Shown here: in pieces, positions 1-9,161 of the stretch | Layout of the letters: the number at the start of each line of letters is the position of its first letter | How positions within the stretch are numbered: the first letter of the stretch is position 1 | Source of the DNA: a virus | IMG/VR virus record: IMGVR_UViG_3300045988_139196 | DNA: 64,000 nucleotides | Strand: one strand, 5' to 3' | Position numbers and translations under genes: made by a program | Notes under the pieces: model-generated | Told to the model about the DNA's origin: nothing | The model's database searches: none | What the model saw: the letters and a program-made list of their open reading frames with translations, nothing else

Positions 1-13
1 ATTTTTTTTGTTA

Positions 14-505
14 TTAATCGCACCACAATACTACTTGGTTTTGTTTTAGGCTTTTCTGCACATCAATAACTCTCTGATTGCTTGACCCTCGCCATTTTAA
101 TGTTATGTCACGTTTACTATCTTCGTATTGACCGTCAATGATTACATCAAGATACTCCATAATAGGCAAATCTTTAATTTCTTCCCACTTATAACCTGTA
201 TACAGCCATTGAGTTTTGGTAGGATGGCAATCTTTTATTAGTGCGGATATTGCACATACTATTTCACGATTATCGGGAAACAAAGGATCGCCGCCTGAAA
301 ATGTTATACCTGAAATATATGATTTGTCTAACTGGTTCCATATTTCAAAGATAGTATCAAGATCAAATGGTATACCACTATCTTTATTCCATGTCTGAGG
401 GTTTTGACAGTTTTTACAATGATGATTACAGCCTGATACCCAAAGGACAGTTCTAAGCCCGTCACCATTTAACATATCATCTTTGGTTATATTATGATAG
501 TTCAT
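14..505 (-). CDS. nrdG: anaerobic ribonucleotide reductase activating protein (radical SAM)
   Basis: 163-aa ORF with Cys cluster CNHHCKNCQN and a GGDPL motif. Its start overlaps the nrdD stop. Confidence 0.85.
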   Translation of the reverse strand: MNYHNITKDDMLNGDGLRTVLWVSGCNHHCKNCQNPQTWNKDSGIPFDLDTIFEIWNQLDKSYISGITFSGGDPLFPDNREIVCAISALIKDCHPTKTQWLYTGYKWEEIKDLPIMEYLDVIIDGQYEDSKRDITLKWRGSSNQRVIDVQKSLKQNQVVLWCD

Positions 506-1464
506 TACATACTCACCCTATCCTTTATCTCTGCAACCTTTGCGGCATTATATCTACTTTTACCATGTATTCTAGTAAAGCCTAAATAGCCATTCATTCG
601 ATCAATCTGAGTTATATTTTCCGACCCACACTTCGGGCATTTATCCATTTCTAGTTGTTCGTAACCACAATCCTCACAATATGATAATGCTAAATTTATA
701 CCCTCATAAAATCCGTAATCCATAGCACGTCTTACAAGTGTTTTTATAGCTTCCTTATTATACGATATAGGATAACGACAATACTGTATCTTTCCACCAT
801 TGAACAAATTCCAAAAACGCTTTTCAGTATCTTGTTTCTGAACTGGGGTAATATGTTCCCATACGCCACAATGGAATGAGTTGGAAACGTATGGTCTGTC
901 TGATACGCCCTCTATGATACCATACTTCTTGCGGAATTGTTCAACTTGAAGCCCACACAGGCTCTCAGCAGGAGTGCCGTAAATTGCGTATAGTATATGG
1001 TCTTGTTCTTTAAATTCATTTGTCTTGTCATTTATGTATTGCATTACTTCATAGGCAAAATCACTATCTTCTACAAGTGACTTACCATTATACAAATGCT
1101 GTAATTCGTTTAAAGCAGTGATACCAAAACTCATAGTCATAGCTGGAAGTATTGGTTTTATTTTATCATTAGGGTTGAGATTACCACCAAGAAAACCACC
1201 TTGAGTAAATCCCATTGGATTTGTTGATGCCTTTTTCTCTCCTAAAAATTCATATGTTCTTTTGTGCAGATTTCTTATAAGTTCGAGGTAATAATCAAGA
1301 ACTTCATAAAAATCTTTATTCTCCTGCCTTGCCTTTGCTAATATCATCGGTAAGTGTAATGATATTGCACCAAGATTAAATCTACCCTCAAAGACAGGGT
1401 AATCATTTTCGTCTTTTGGTTTCATGCCACCTTTTACAAACCATGGTGACAACGAAGCTCTACA
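505..1464 (-). CDS. nrdD: anaerobic ribonucleoside-triphosphate reductase, exon 3 (C-terminal part)
   Basis: Contains Zn-ribbon CEDCGYE..CPKCG and glycyl-radical-type motif RMNGYLGFTR. Joining to exon 2 restores ..SLMG|CRASLSPW. Junction placed by eye. Confidence 0.8.
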   Translation of the reverse strand, partial: CRASLSPWFVKGGMKPKDENDYPVFEGRFNLGAISLHLPMILAKARQENKDFYEVLDYYLELIRNLHKRTYEFLGEKKASTNPMGFTQGGFLGGNLNPNDKIKPILPAMTMSFGITALNELQHLYNGKSLVEDSDFAYEVMQYINDKTNEFKEQDHILYAIYGTPAESLCGLQVEQFRKKYGIIEGVSDRPYVSNSFHCGVWEHITPVQKQDTEKRFWNLFNGGKIQYCRYPISYNKEAIKTLVRRAMDYGFYEGINLALSYCEDCGYEQLEMDKCPKCGSENITQIDRMNGYLGFTRIHGKSRYNAAKVAEIKDRVSM

Positions 1465-2299
1465 CAATGGCATTATGCCATTGGACTATATCTTTACACA
1501 ACATTCTGTTACCAAATGTTGTGTACTTCGCTGTTCCACATAAGGAGTCGCACCTTATGTGTACTCTATTCACTTCTTCACACAAGTCTTTCACTTATGC
1601 TATGTTTTCGATAGTCTCTTGACGATTATCAAAATAACTAAAATAATAACCTAAATAATTTTTGGGAAGTTCCCCTTTTAAAACTCTTGCTATTTTATGT
1701 CTATCTAAGTTCAATACCCTACCACATTCTCTAATTGATGAAAAACTATCAACAATATTGTCGTCAAAATCAAATACAAACACCTTTGTTCTATTTTTGT
1801 GAATTCTGTTTCCACTGTGCCAACCATGCAGAACATTATATGAATTAGTACACCATTCCAAATTATCAATATTGTTGTTGGTTTTATTGCTATCAATATG
1901 ATTTATGTATTTATAATTATTAGGGTTTGGAATAAAACAATGTGCTATAATCACATGAACTCTATTATGATGTTGTTTATGATTTTCCATTCTATATTGA
2001 ACTTGCAAATATCCATCTGTACCGAGATATGGTTTTAATTTGCGCATAGTTCTTTTGCTGTATATGTTTAGTTCTTCGTCTACTAAGAAACCGTCATATT
2101 CTTTATATTCCTTCGTTTTGTCCTCTCCTTTTTGTCGGTTTATGTAAATTATTTAGTTATTTTGAATTTCGCACAGGATTTTTTTAGTCCCCTGTTAGCA
2201 CAATTCCTAATTATCATTTCCTATAATTCCTAAACGTGAATTGTACACCCTACATTTGTAGGTTTACGAAGTTTTAGATGAGCCGTAGTGTAATTTTTA
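1465..2299 (-). mobile_element. group I-like intron 1 in nrdD (carries an HNH ORF)
   Basis: About 835 nt separate two in-frame nrdD pieces. The 5' exon ends in GGT and the intron ends CATTG. Four collinear blocks are conserved with the dnaE intervening sequence. Boundaries are approximate. Confidence 0.65.
1595..2047 (-). CDS. HNH homing endonuclease (intron-encoded)
   Basis: Motif NHIDSNKTNNNIDNLEW..N (HNH_3 type), plus a C-terminal HTH-like IRECGRVLNLDRHKIARVL. Confidence 0.8.
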   Translation of the reverse strand: MRKLKPYLGTDGYLQVQYRMENHKQHHNRVHVIIAHCFIPNPNNYKYINHIDSNKTNNNIDNLEWCTNSYNVLHGWHSGNRIHKNRTKVFVFDFDDNIVDSFSSIRECGRVLNLDRHKIARVLKGELPKNYLGYYFSYFDNRQETIENIA

Positions 2300-2818
2300 A
2301 CCCATCAAACTAACAACTTTTCCATATTTCTTGTACATTTCAGGAATATAACCATCCCCTGTCAAAGATAAAAAATCTGGATACATTGCTTTACTGCTAC
2401 AATCAATGGCAACATCAAAAAGCCATTCCAACTTTTTACCTTTACCATGTAAATTTGCATCGTACAAAAACGTCAGCTTTGGAAATAGTACAGGTCTTTT
2501 AAAGCCCTCTTTTCCTTGTCCACCCATTCGTGTTTTTAATGCTACCTCGCTTGCCATGGTTTCCCACCTGCTTGTACCTATGCCAAAACTAATAGCGATG
2601 AAAGGATAATCGCCTCTTGACGATCCTACAGAATTAAATGCCATTTCCCATGATTGAAAGCCCTGTTCAAAATCCCGATAGACTTTTTTGGTTGCATATT
2701 CGTCGGCTTTATTCTTGTCACCGTTATCACATATGTTTAAATATTCGTCAACATATTTCTGATAACTTTTTTCGGCATATGGGGCTAAAAGAGTATCAAC
2801 TCTAGGTATTGTAAAACC
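2300..2818 (-). CDS. nrdD: anaerobic ribonucleotide reductase, exon 2 (middle part)
   Basis: ORF piece GFTIPRVDTLLAPY...KVVSLMG continues exon 1 (..QQYG|GFTIP) and exon 3. It has no start codon of its own except an artefactual TTG. Confidence 0.75.
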
Positions 2819-3686
2819 CAATGCAGATGTATATTTCTATACTGGATACCGCACTGCAACATATCTTCACAACCGCTAATTGTGCCTACTGTTTCAATTA
2901 TGTGCCAATCTCATAATCTACTCTACTCGATTACTTTCATAATAAAAGCTATAATATTATGATATTCTTTCGATGTCCTCTACACTCTCTAAATTCCATT
3001 TATATTAAATTCCATTGATAACCTTGAAGTAATAATTGCTTTTTATTGTTTGTATCTTGATAAAAGTCTTTACCTTTTAATCCAATATTTTTTCCCAATT
3101 CTTTTCTATCAAATGTTCCAACATAAATATTGTTTTTGTATAATTGATACATAAATCTTTTTGGCGATTTTTTATTTTTTAATGCTTTTCTCGTATTATT
3201 TTCTCTAGTTAATATTTGCAAATTTTCTATTGAATTATTTTGAGGATTTGCATCTATGTGATCGATCGTCAATTCCTGCGGAATATCCCCCATCAGTGTT
3301 TCATATACCAATCTATGTACTCGGTAATATTTCCTTATATGCCGATTATTTTCTATAAAAGAAAGGCATACTTCTAAATATCCATCTTTATCCACTTTAT
3401 AACAATGTTCTCTTGGTTGAAATATATTTATTCGCCCTTGTCCACCTTTAACTTTAGTAGTTATTACTTTGCCACTTTTGGTAACATAGTATCCGTCATA
3501 TTTAGTTTTATAAGCAATTTCATTTTCAAAAATTATTTCCTCCATAATTAAACCTCTCACTAATTTTCTTATGGAAATTAGATAGCACGGTATTACCATA
3601 TCAATTATGACTTAGGTTTCACCGTTAGCAACTTTCGTCACACCCTTTAGCAAGGTTAAGTAGGTTTTATTACGGCAATATTACTT
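2819..3686 (-). mobile_element. group I-like intron 2 in nrdD (carries an HNH ORF)
   Basis: About 868 nt lie between exons 1 and 2. The 5' exon ends GGT and the intron ends CATTG, as in intron 1. It contains GCTAACGGTG..CTAAGTC, similar to the other two introns. Confidence 0.6.
3000..3545 (-). CDS. HNH homing endonuclease (intron-encoded)
   Basis: Motif IDHIDANPQNNSIENLQILTRENN. The ATG at 3545 is preceded by GAGAGG. Confidence 0.8.
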   Translation of the reverse strand: MEEIIFENEIAYKTKYDGYYVTKSGKVITTKVKGGQGRINIFQPREHCYKVDKDGYLEVCLSFIENNRHIRKYYRVHRLVYETLMGDIPQELTIDHIDANPQNNSIENLQILTRENNTRKALKNKKSPKRFMYQLYKNNIYVGTFDRKELGKNIGLKGKDFYQDTNNKKQLLLQGYQWNLI

Positions 3687-4337
3687 ACCGTATTGTTGAC
3701 TAGCTGCCGACATTGTTACATCACTTATAACATCGAAGGCAACGTCAAGTGTCTTAGGCTCGTTATAATGAATATTACCCATTTCAAAGCCACCAGACAA
3801 AACATTTGCCATATCGAAAATACAACAGTTTATGCCGTCAAGTCTGTCTTTCTTATCATGAATATAGATATAACCGTCTCTAGCCGCCTGTCTTTCTTCA
3901 ACATTCAAGAAGAATTTATCATACAGGTTCTTGTTCAACTCACCATAAATCAAACTGCGCTGTGTGCTAGTCATAGTAGAATCAGTGTTGGCATTTGAAA
4001 CATCGCCAATATAACGAATACCTTGAGACTTGGTATATACATCGTCCATCATATGAACAAAATCTTTTTTATAATTTCTATACTGTCTATAACATTCACC
4101 TGATTTTGGATAAAGGTCAAGCAAAGTTCGTTCGACTATTGCGTGTATTGCCTCAACCGAAATACAATCATTTTCTAAATCTTCTTCCATTATGTAGTCC
4201 ATAACAGCGGAGCAAATTTTTTCATAATCTTTGTCCGAAAGATTTTCTAATGCCCTGCTAGCCGATTTACTACAGGCATTGATTATTTTTTGATAATCAA
4301 AATCTTCTAATGTTCCGTCCTTTTTTATTACTTTCAT
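3687..4337 (-). CDS. nrdD: anaerobic ribonucleotide reductase, exon 1 (ATP-cone and N-terminal part)
   Basis: Begins MKVIKKDGTLEDFDYQKI (ATP-cone-like) with SD AAGGAG upstream. The ORF stops 2 codons after the proposed 5' splice site. Confidence 0.8.
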
Positions 4338-4341
4338 TTTA

Positions 4342-5073
4342 TCACTCCTTGTTGTCACTTAAAACAAAATCTATTTTTTGTTCGCTTTCTATACTCTCTA
4401 TATTCTCTGGCTTTAAGTCTAATTCTATTTCTGTACCCATATCAGTTTTCATAATTATGTTAATTGCCTCATCAATATCATTCCAATTCCTACAACGATA
4501 TCTTTGGTGTAACATATGAGCGTTGTTTTCGTATGACTCAAACCCAAGTCTATTCCATGGATAATCAAATAAAATTTTATGATAATAGCCACCAACTAAA
4601 TTGTCTACGCAATCATCAATTAGAATATCAATATCTCCACTAAGCATTTGCTTGTTCTTTATAACTATTAGACTATCATACATATTTAAAAATGGGAGTT
4701 GTTCTTGTAACCACGTTGCTTTATTAGAAACATTCTGTGGGGCTGTAGCTGTTACTATGTAAATTTCACAACCCAAATCATGGTATTTCTTCAATGTAGC
4801 AACACAATTTTCAAGCACTTTTATGTTGTCCCATACCCTCTTATCCGTGAAATAGTCATAAAACTTGTCTTGAGATACATTTTTAAAGAACTGTCTCATA
4901 TTATAGGTAGTTATATTGGCAACGGACAAATTGTCATTATAGTCCTTATTATAAACATCAATAATGCTCTCTACTAAATTATTAATGACATTATCACAAT
5001 CCACACCAATACGCCACGGTCTAGGTCTTATCAGATTTGCTTTCAGTTCCATTGGCATTTTCCTCTTTATCAT
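4342..5073 (-). CDS. HAD-family 5'(3')-deoxyribonucleotidase-like protein
   Basis: Motifs IGVDCDNVINN (DxDxV), IVTA and LIDD. Confidence 0.6.
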   Translation of the reverse strand: MIKRKMPMELKANLIRPRPWRIGVDCDNVINNLVESIIDVYNKDYNDNLSVANITTYNMRQFFKNVSQDKFYDYFTDKRVWDNIKVLENCVATLKKYHDLGCEIYIVTATAPQNVSNKATWLQEQLPFLNMYDSLIVIKNKQMLSGDIDILIDDCVDNLVGGYYHKILFDYPWNRLGFESYENNAHMLHQRYRCRNWNDIDEAINIIMKTDMGTEIELDLKPENIESIESEQKIDFVLSDNKE

Positions 5074-5179
5074 TCTCGTTTAATTCATCAAGCATTTCGG
5101 TTACTGTTCTATAGGCTATTAGAAAACCAAGTACAAGCCCAACCAAAGCACCAATAATAAAATTAGCCATTCTTATCAT
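5021..5179 (-). CDS. small membrane protein (one TM helix, acidic tail)
   Basis: Internal start MIRMANFIIGALVGLVLGFLIAY. The longer listed ORF overlaps the upstream gene. Start is uncertain. Confidence 0.35.
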   Translation of the reverse strand: MIRMANFIIGALVGLVLGFLIAYRTVTEMLDELNENDKEENANGTESKSDKT

Positions 5180-5564
5180 GTTCCTTTCTGTATTTTTCGT
5201 ATTCATCTCTAATTTGCTCCAAAGTACAAATTTTATACGGTATATGTCTGTTGTCACAATACAAAACCTCCGTGCGACAGCCTTTAGAGGATTGCCAATC
5301 CTTTGAACAAATAATCATTTCATCTGCAAGTTCTTCAAGTAACAACAGGGTCATGTTCAACCCTTGCTCATAAGTGGTACAATCGTAAAGGTTGCCAAAC
5401 ATTGCACTAGGATTGAGATACAAATTCTCAGGGTGCATTATAGTTAATAGTTTTTGGCACTCATTTATTTTACTTAAATTTTCTTGCTTGCCACCATATG
5501 GGTGAGATAAGTAAACAATGCTATTATAATGTTCTTTGTTAATTATGTTCAGTTTCGGTATCAT
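5163..5564 (-). CDS. DUF1937 / nucleoside 2-deoxyribosyltransferase-like superfamily protein
   Basis: VYLSHPYGG near the N-terminus and DWQSSKGCRTE near the C-terminus match the family pattern from memory. Confidence 0.4.
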   Translation of the reverse strand: MIPKLNIINKEHYNSIVYLSHPYGGKQENLSKINECQKLLTIMHPENLYLNPSAMFGNLYDCTTYEQGLNMTLLLLEELADEMIICSKDWQSSKGCRTEVLYCDNRHIPYKICTLEQIRDEYEKYRKEHDKNG

Positions 5565-6138
5565 TATCTCCCTCCTGCTTGGCTATAATTCTTTTCACAT
5601 ATTTTTTTAGATTTTCATAAGCTGTGTTGATATTTTCATCATTATTGATAACGTAATCAACAGATGATTTGCAGTTTTTAAATTCTATCTTATCTTGTTC
5701 TGTACGTTTGCTGGTTTCTTTAAGTGCTTTATCAAAATTCTTGTACATTTTATGATAACGTCCAAACAAACGCTTGTACCGATTGATATACGAGCAATCT
5801 ATAAAAATAGAATAAATCTCTCTGTTGCCTTTGTACTTTTTGTGGAGTTCGTTAAGCCCTGTTTGGTCTACAACATACAAGTTATATGTATCATCGTCAA
5901 TTTGGCTTGCCGTTACTCCATAATGATTATCAAGATAATAGTTATATGCCACGATGTCATTAAGTGCCTTAAATTCTTTTTCTGAAACAAATGTATGTCC
6001 TTCTTCTCCTTTAAATCTAGGAGGACGTGTTGTATAAGATGGTATCTGCTTCATATTAAATTCTTTTTCAAGAATTTGTACAAGTGTTGATTTGCCACTT
6101 GCCGAAGCTCCAAGTATACAAAATAATGGTTTACTCAT
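5539..6138 (-). CDS. guanylate-kinase-like (d)NMP kinase
   Basis: P-loop GASASGKST and GMK-like signature TTRPPRFKGEEGHTFVS. Confidence 0.7.
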   Translation of the reverse strand: MSKPLFCILGASASGKSTLVQILEKEFNMKQIPSYTTRPPRFKGEEGHTFVSEKEFKALNDIVAYNYYLDNHYGVTASQIDDDTYNLYVVDQTGLNELHKKYKGNREIYSIFIDCSYINRYKRLFGRYHKMYKNFDKALKETSKRTEQDKIEFKNCKSSVDYVINNDENINTAYENLKKYVKRIIAKQEGDNDTETEHN

Positions 6139-7336
6139 CTGTGCCTCCTGTTATCAATTCTGAATATGGCAATGCCTTAATCCAATCACAAAAAGCTCTC
6201 CACTCATCAAGCTTATGGTTTTTACGAGACTTATAAATATTTGCCAGTACCTCGTAATTAAGCATGACCGTTGAACGTTGATTATAGCTTTCTGGTAGCA
6301 GTTGTAATATTGCGTACCATATTTGCTTTTTATTATCTTCATTATCACAACTAAGATAACTGTCACGCAATTCATTAAGAATATCGACAATAGGTCTTGC
6401 AACTTCTTCAAAAATATTTGTATTTTCGGCATATTTGTACTTGTCATTGATGATATTGATAATACAAGTATGAGATACACCATATTTTTTCGCTATTTCT
6501 CGTTTGCTTATTTTACCACTATCCCATAACAACTTAATTTCTTCACGCTGTTCTGCCGTGAATTTACCCTTGTATGTACCTGTACTTTTAGGCTGAAAAT
6601 CATTATTGTACGAGTGTCGAACATTTTCCTGTTGTGTTATCCATTCAAGGTTGTCAGCAGAATTATTCTGTTTGTTTCCATCTTTATGATTTACAACCTT
6701 ACTTTCTTCAAATCCGTCACAAAACACCAAGGCAACCAATCTATGTAATGGATACTGTTTCCCGTCAATGGTTGTAAACATATATCCGTCTTTGTGTAAA
6801 CTACCTGACAAAATCCTATTATATTTGTCATTTTTTATTCTTCCCAAATTGCTAACACTATAATGTGGATTTAAGGATTTCCACATCTCGTCTTTTTCAT
6901 CAAAATCAGGTTTGAATTGCTTAACCTCGTTTTTATATCCTGGCAACTTGTCAAAACTAAAGTCATTCATTTCAAAAGGCTTTGATAACAGTTTGTGCAT
7001 TTTTGAACAACTATTTCTAACTGTTCCAACCTTGTATGTATCATATTCAGCCCACCAATACAGTGGTGCTGTAATGTCAGCATACACCGTAATCATACGC
7101 ATAAACTTACGGTGGTCTGTACCAGATTTGACAAGCCTTTTCATAAGATCAAGATCATTATCCCCAATACAATATTTTTCTCTTAAATATTTATCGTTGG
7201 CAGCCGCTGGATTAGTCCCTGGTGCTCCTATTAAGTACCATTTGGTATCACTCTTATTCCAAGAGTTCATAGGATTACGCATACCTCTGATTGCTGCCTC
7301 CCAGCCCATTACTTTAACATTTTCAATTTTAATCAT
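6131..7336 (-). CDS. thyX: ThyX-like (flavin-dependent thymidylate synthase family) protein with in-frame HNH endonuclease insertion
   Basis: The N- and C-terminal parts look ThyX-like (GWEAAIRGMRNPMNSW, QRSTVMLNYEVLANIY..HKLDEW). The middle, about aa 150-305, carries NUMOD4-like YSVSNLGRIKN, HNH NHKDGNKQNNSADNLEW and an HTH ISKREIAKKYGVSHTCI. Confidence 0.55.
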   Translation of the reverse strand: MIKIENVKVMGWEAAIRGMRNPMNSWNKSDTKWYLIGAPGTNPAAANDKYLREKYCIGDNDLDLMKRLVKSGTDHRKFMRMITVYADITAPLYWWAEYDTYKVGTVRNSCSKMHKLLSKPFEMNDFSFDKLPGYKNEVKQFKPDFDEKDEMWKSLNPHYSVSNLGRIKNDKYNRILSGSLHKDGYMFTTIDGKQYPLHRLVALVFCDGFEESKVVNHKDGNKQNNSADNLEWITQQENVRHSYNNDFQPKSTGTYKGKFTAEQREEIKLLWDSGKISKREIAKKYGVSHTCIINIINDKYKYAENTNIFEEVARPIVDILNELRDSYLSCDNEDNKKQIWYAILQLLPESYNQRSTVMLNYEVLANIYKSRKNHKLDEWRAFCDWIKALPYSELITGGTDE

Positions 7337-7347
7337 CGTCTTTTCCT

Positions 7348-7596
7348 CTACTTTATAATAAATTCTGCGAACATTTCTTCTGCGTTCTTTTCGTGTTCTG
7401 TTGGCACAAACATTATTACCTCGTTTTCAAGGTCAAGTGCGAATATGCCCACTATACTGCTTGCATTTACGCAATAATGGCTCTGCTTCAGGTCTATAGT
7501 ATAGCCAACCATGTTCGCAAGTCTAATAAACTGCTGTACTTCTTTTACTGTAGTAAATCTAATTTTATATGCTGTATACTCCGTTACCATTTTCAT
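7348..7596 (-). CDS. HPr-like domain protein lacking the active-site His
   Basis: VNASSIVGIFALDL resembles the HPr VNAKSIMGxMSL motif. No His15-equivalent is visible. Confidence 0.45.
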   Translation of the reverse strand: MKMVTEYTAYKIRFTTVKEVQQFIRLANMVGYTIDLKQSHYCVNASSIVGIFALDLENEVIMFVPTEHEKNAEEMFAEFIIK

Positions 7597-7611
7597 CTGT
7601 CCTTTCTTTAT

Positions 7612-7827
7612 TTAATTTGTTGCCATAGCAATCATATAAGCTCTTTGTACGATTGCTTTATTCCTAGCTTTTGTTATCTTCTGTCTTTCTTTGGCTTGAA
7701 TGAGTTCGTCCTCACTCATAAAATATGTATCTAGTTCTCTACACTCTGACTTGTAACGTTTTAGCTGTCTGTTTTCCTCCTCTCTAGCTAAACGCTTTCT
7801 TTTTCCTGCTTTCTTGTCGTATGCCAA
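7612..7827 (-). CDS. hypothetical basic protein
   Basis: ORF only, packed in a same-strand operon. Confidence 0.5.
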   Translation of the reverse strand: MAYDKKAGKRKRLAREEENRQLKRYKSECRELDTYFMSEDELIQAKERQKITKARNKAIVQRAYMIAMATN

Positions 7828-7847
7828 TTTTTAAATTCACCTCTTTT

Positions 7848-8630
7848 CTAACTAAGTTTCTGAATTGATACAATGTTACCAGAATAATTGTCATAAGTAC
7901 CAATGTTGCCACTGCTCATAACATTAGGATCAAGTGCATATGTATCAACTATAAATTCAACCACGTTCTTAAAGCCGTTGCCTGTATCTCGATACTGATT
8001 ATTATAGTCAGTATGAATATCAGCTTTGCAATCGGCTAAAACAGCGGTGAATGAATTACCCATGTCGGTTGTAATTAGATAGCGTGTACCTATTTCTGTA
8101 CCGTAATAACTTCCTAAAGCAATACAAACATCATCACCTTGTCTGCGTATTCCTTGACTATCCGTCCAACAATTCAGTTGCAACTGATATTGCAGAGAAT
8201 TGATGTCCGTAATACAGGCATAATCCATATAGCCGTGAAATGAAGTATCACCTGCTGGGATATCGTAAGAAACAAGTTCTATTTCTGGCTCTGCTTCAGA
8301 CTTGGTAACTATCGTTGTAGTTTCAGTTACTTTATGGCTATACGGCTTTGTAGTTCTTGTTTCTTTAGTGGTTGTAGTAGATTTAGTATTTGTTTTTACT
8401 GTATTTTTTTTATTTTCTACCGATCTAGTTGTTGTGTTTTTAGTTATAGTGTTTGTGATAGTGGTAGTTGTATTAACTGTTGAATTATCGGCTTTGTTTC
8501 TTTCAAAATTGTGCTTGTAATCTTCGTTAATACCAATAACTTTTACAACTCCAAAACCGATAACTATTACGCAAATAGCAACTATAAGTTGTATTATTTG
8601 TTTTGTTGTCTCGTTTTTCTTTTTGTTCAT
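7848..8630 (-). CDS. membrane-anchored protein with Thr-rich linker and C-terminal globular domain (possible wall-binding or hydrolase fold)
   Basis: N-terminal TM helix IIQLIVAICVIVIGFGVV, a T-rich low-complexity linker, and a C-terminal domain of uncertain family. Confidence 0.55.
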   Translation of the reverse strand: MNKKKNETTKQIIQLIVAICVIVIGFGVVKVIGINEDYKHNFERNKADNSTVNTTTTITNTITKNTTTRSVENKKNTVKTNTKSTTTTKETRTTKPYSHKVTETTTIVTKSEAEPEIELVSYDIPAGDTSFHGYMDYACITDINSLQYQLQLNCWTDSQGIRRQGDDVCIALGSYYGTEIGTRYLITTDMGNSFTAVLADCKADIHTDYNNQYRDTGNGFKNVVEFIVDTYALDPNVMSSGNIGTYDNYSGNIVSIQKLS

Positions 8631-8636
8631 ATGTAT

Positions 8637-8948
8637 TTATTCCTCATCGTCACAATAGCAATGCTTGTTGTAATAATCTTCTCCGTCCATTTTTTCACAA
8701 GGAATATCATTGTATTCACACAAATCGTCAACGTCCATATTATGATTTGACAAATATTCAATAGCCTTTTCTCTGGCACATTCTTGGCAAAGTTCTTCCG
8801 AGTCATTGTCAATAATATAAAGCATATCAACCTCAGTTCCGCACTTATCACATATTAAAACACGATAATCTCGACCCATGTAACAATGACGGCAGGGAAG
8901 TCCAAGAGCAGTACAACCCACACAATCATTTCGTATCTCACTTGCCAT
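8637..8948 (-). CDS. Cys-rich (zinc-finger-like) acidic protein
   Basis: Several CxxC pairs (CVGC, CRHC, CDKC, CQEC). Confidence 0.55.
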   Translation of the reverse strand: MASEIRNDCVGCTALGLPCRHCYMGRDYRVLICDKCGTEVDMLYIIDNDSEELCQECAREKAIEYLSNHNMDVDDLCEYNDIPCEKMDGEDYYNKHCYCDDEE

Positions 8949-8957
8949 GTTTTTTAT

Positions 8958-9161
8958 TCACTCCTTTACTTCTTTGAATCTAGCGTAAAAGCTGTCATTA
9001 ATATCGTAAACATTGTCATATGTATTACAACTTTTTCTGCCATGACCGTCTATTAGTCTGCCATTTTTTACTTCGTATACTTTTCCTTCTTGAAAGTTAT
9101 GGGTGTCAAAGCAAGCCACCCATATACATTTCAAGAGAGTATTCCAAGCATTATTTAACAT
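8958..9161 (-). CDS. hypothetical protein
   Basis: ORF only. Confidence 0.45.
   Translation of the reverse strand: MLNNAWNTLLKCIWVACFDTHNFQEGKVYEVKNGRLIDGHGRKSCNTYDNVYDINDSFYARFKEVKE

Noticed and set aside
8290-8470. Repetitive ACx-rich DNA, here and at 39180-39320
   Set aside because: It is coding low complexity (Thr-rich linkers in a membrane protein and a lipoprotein), not a DNA-level functional repeat.
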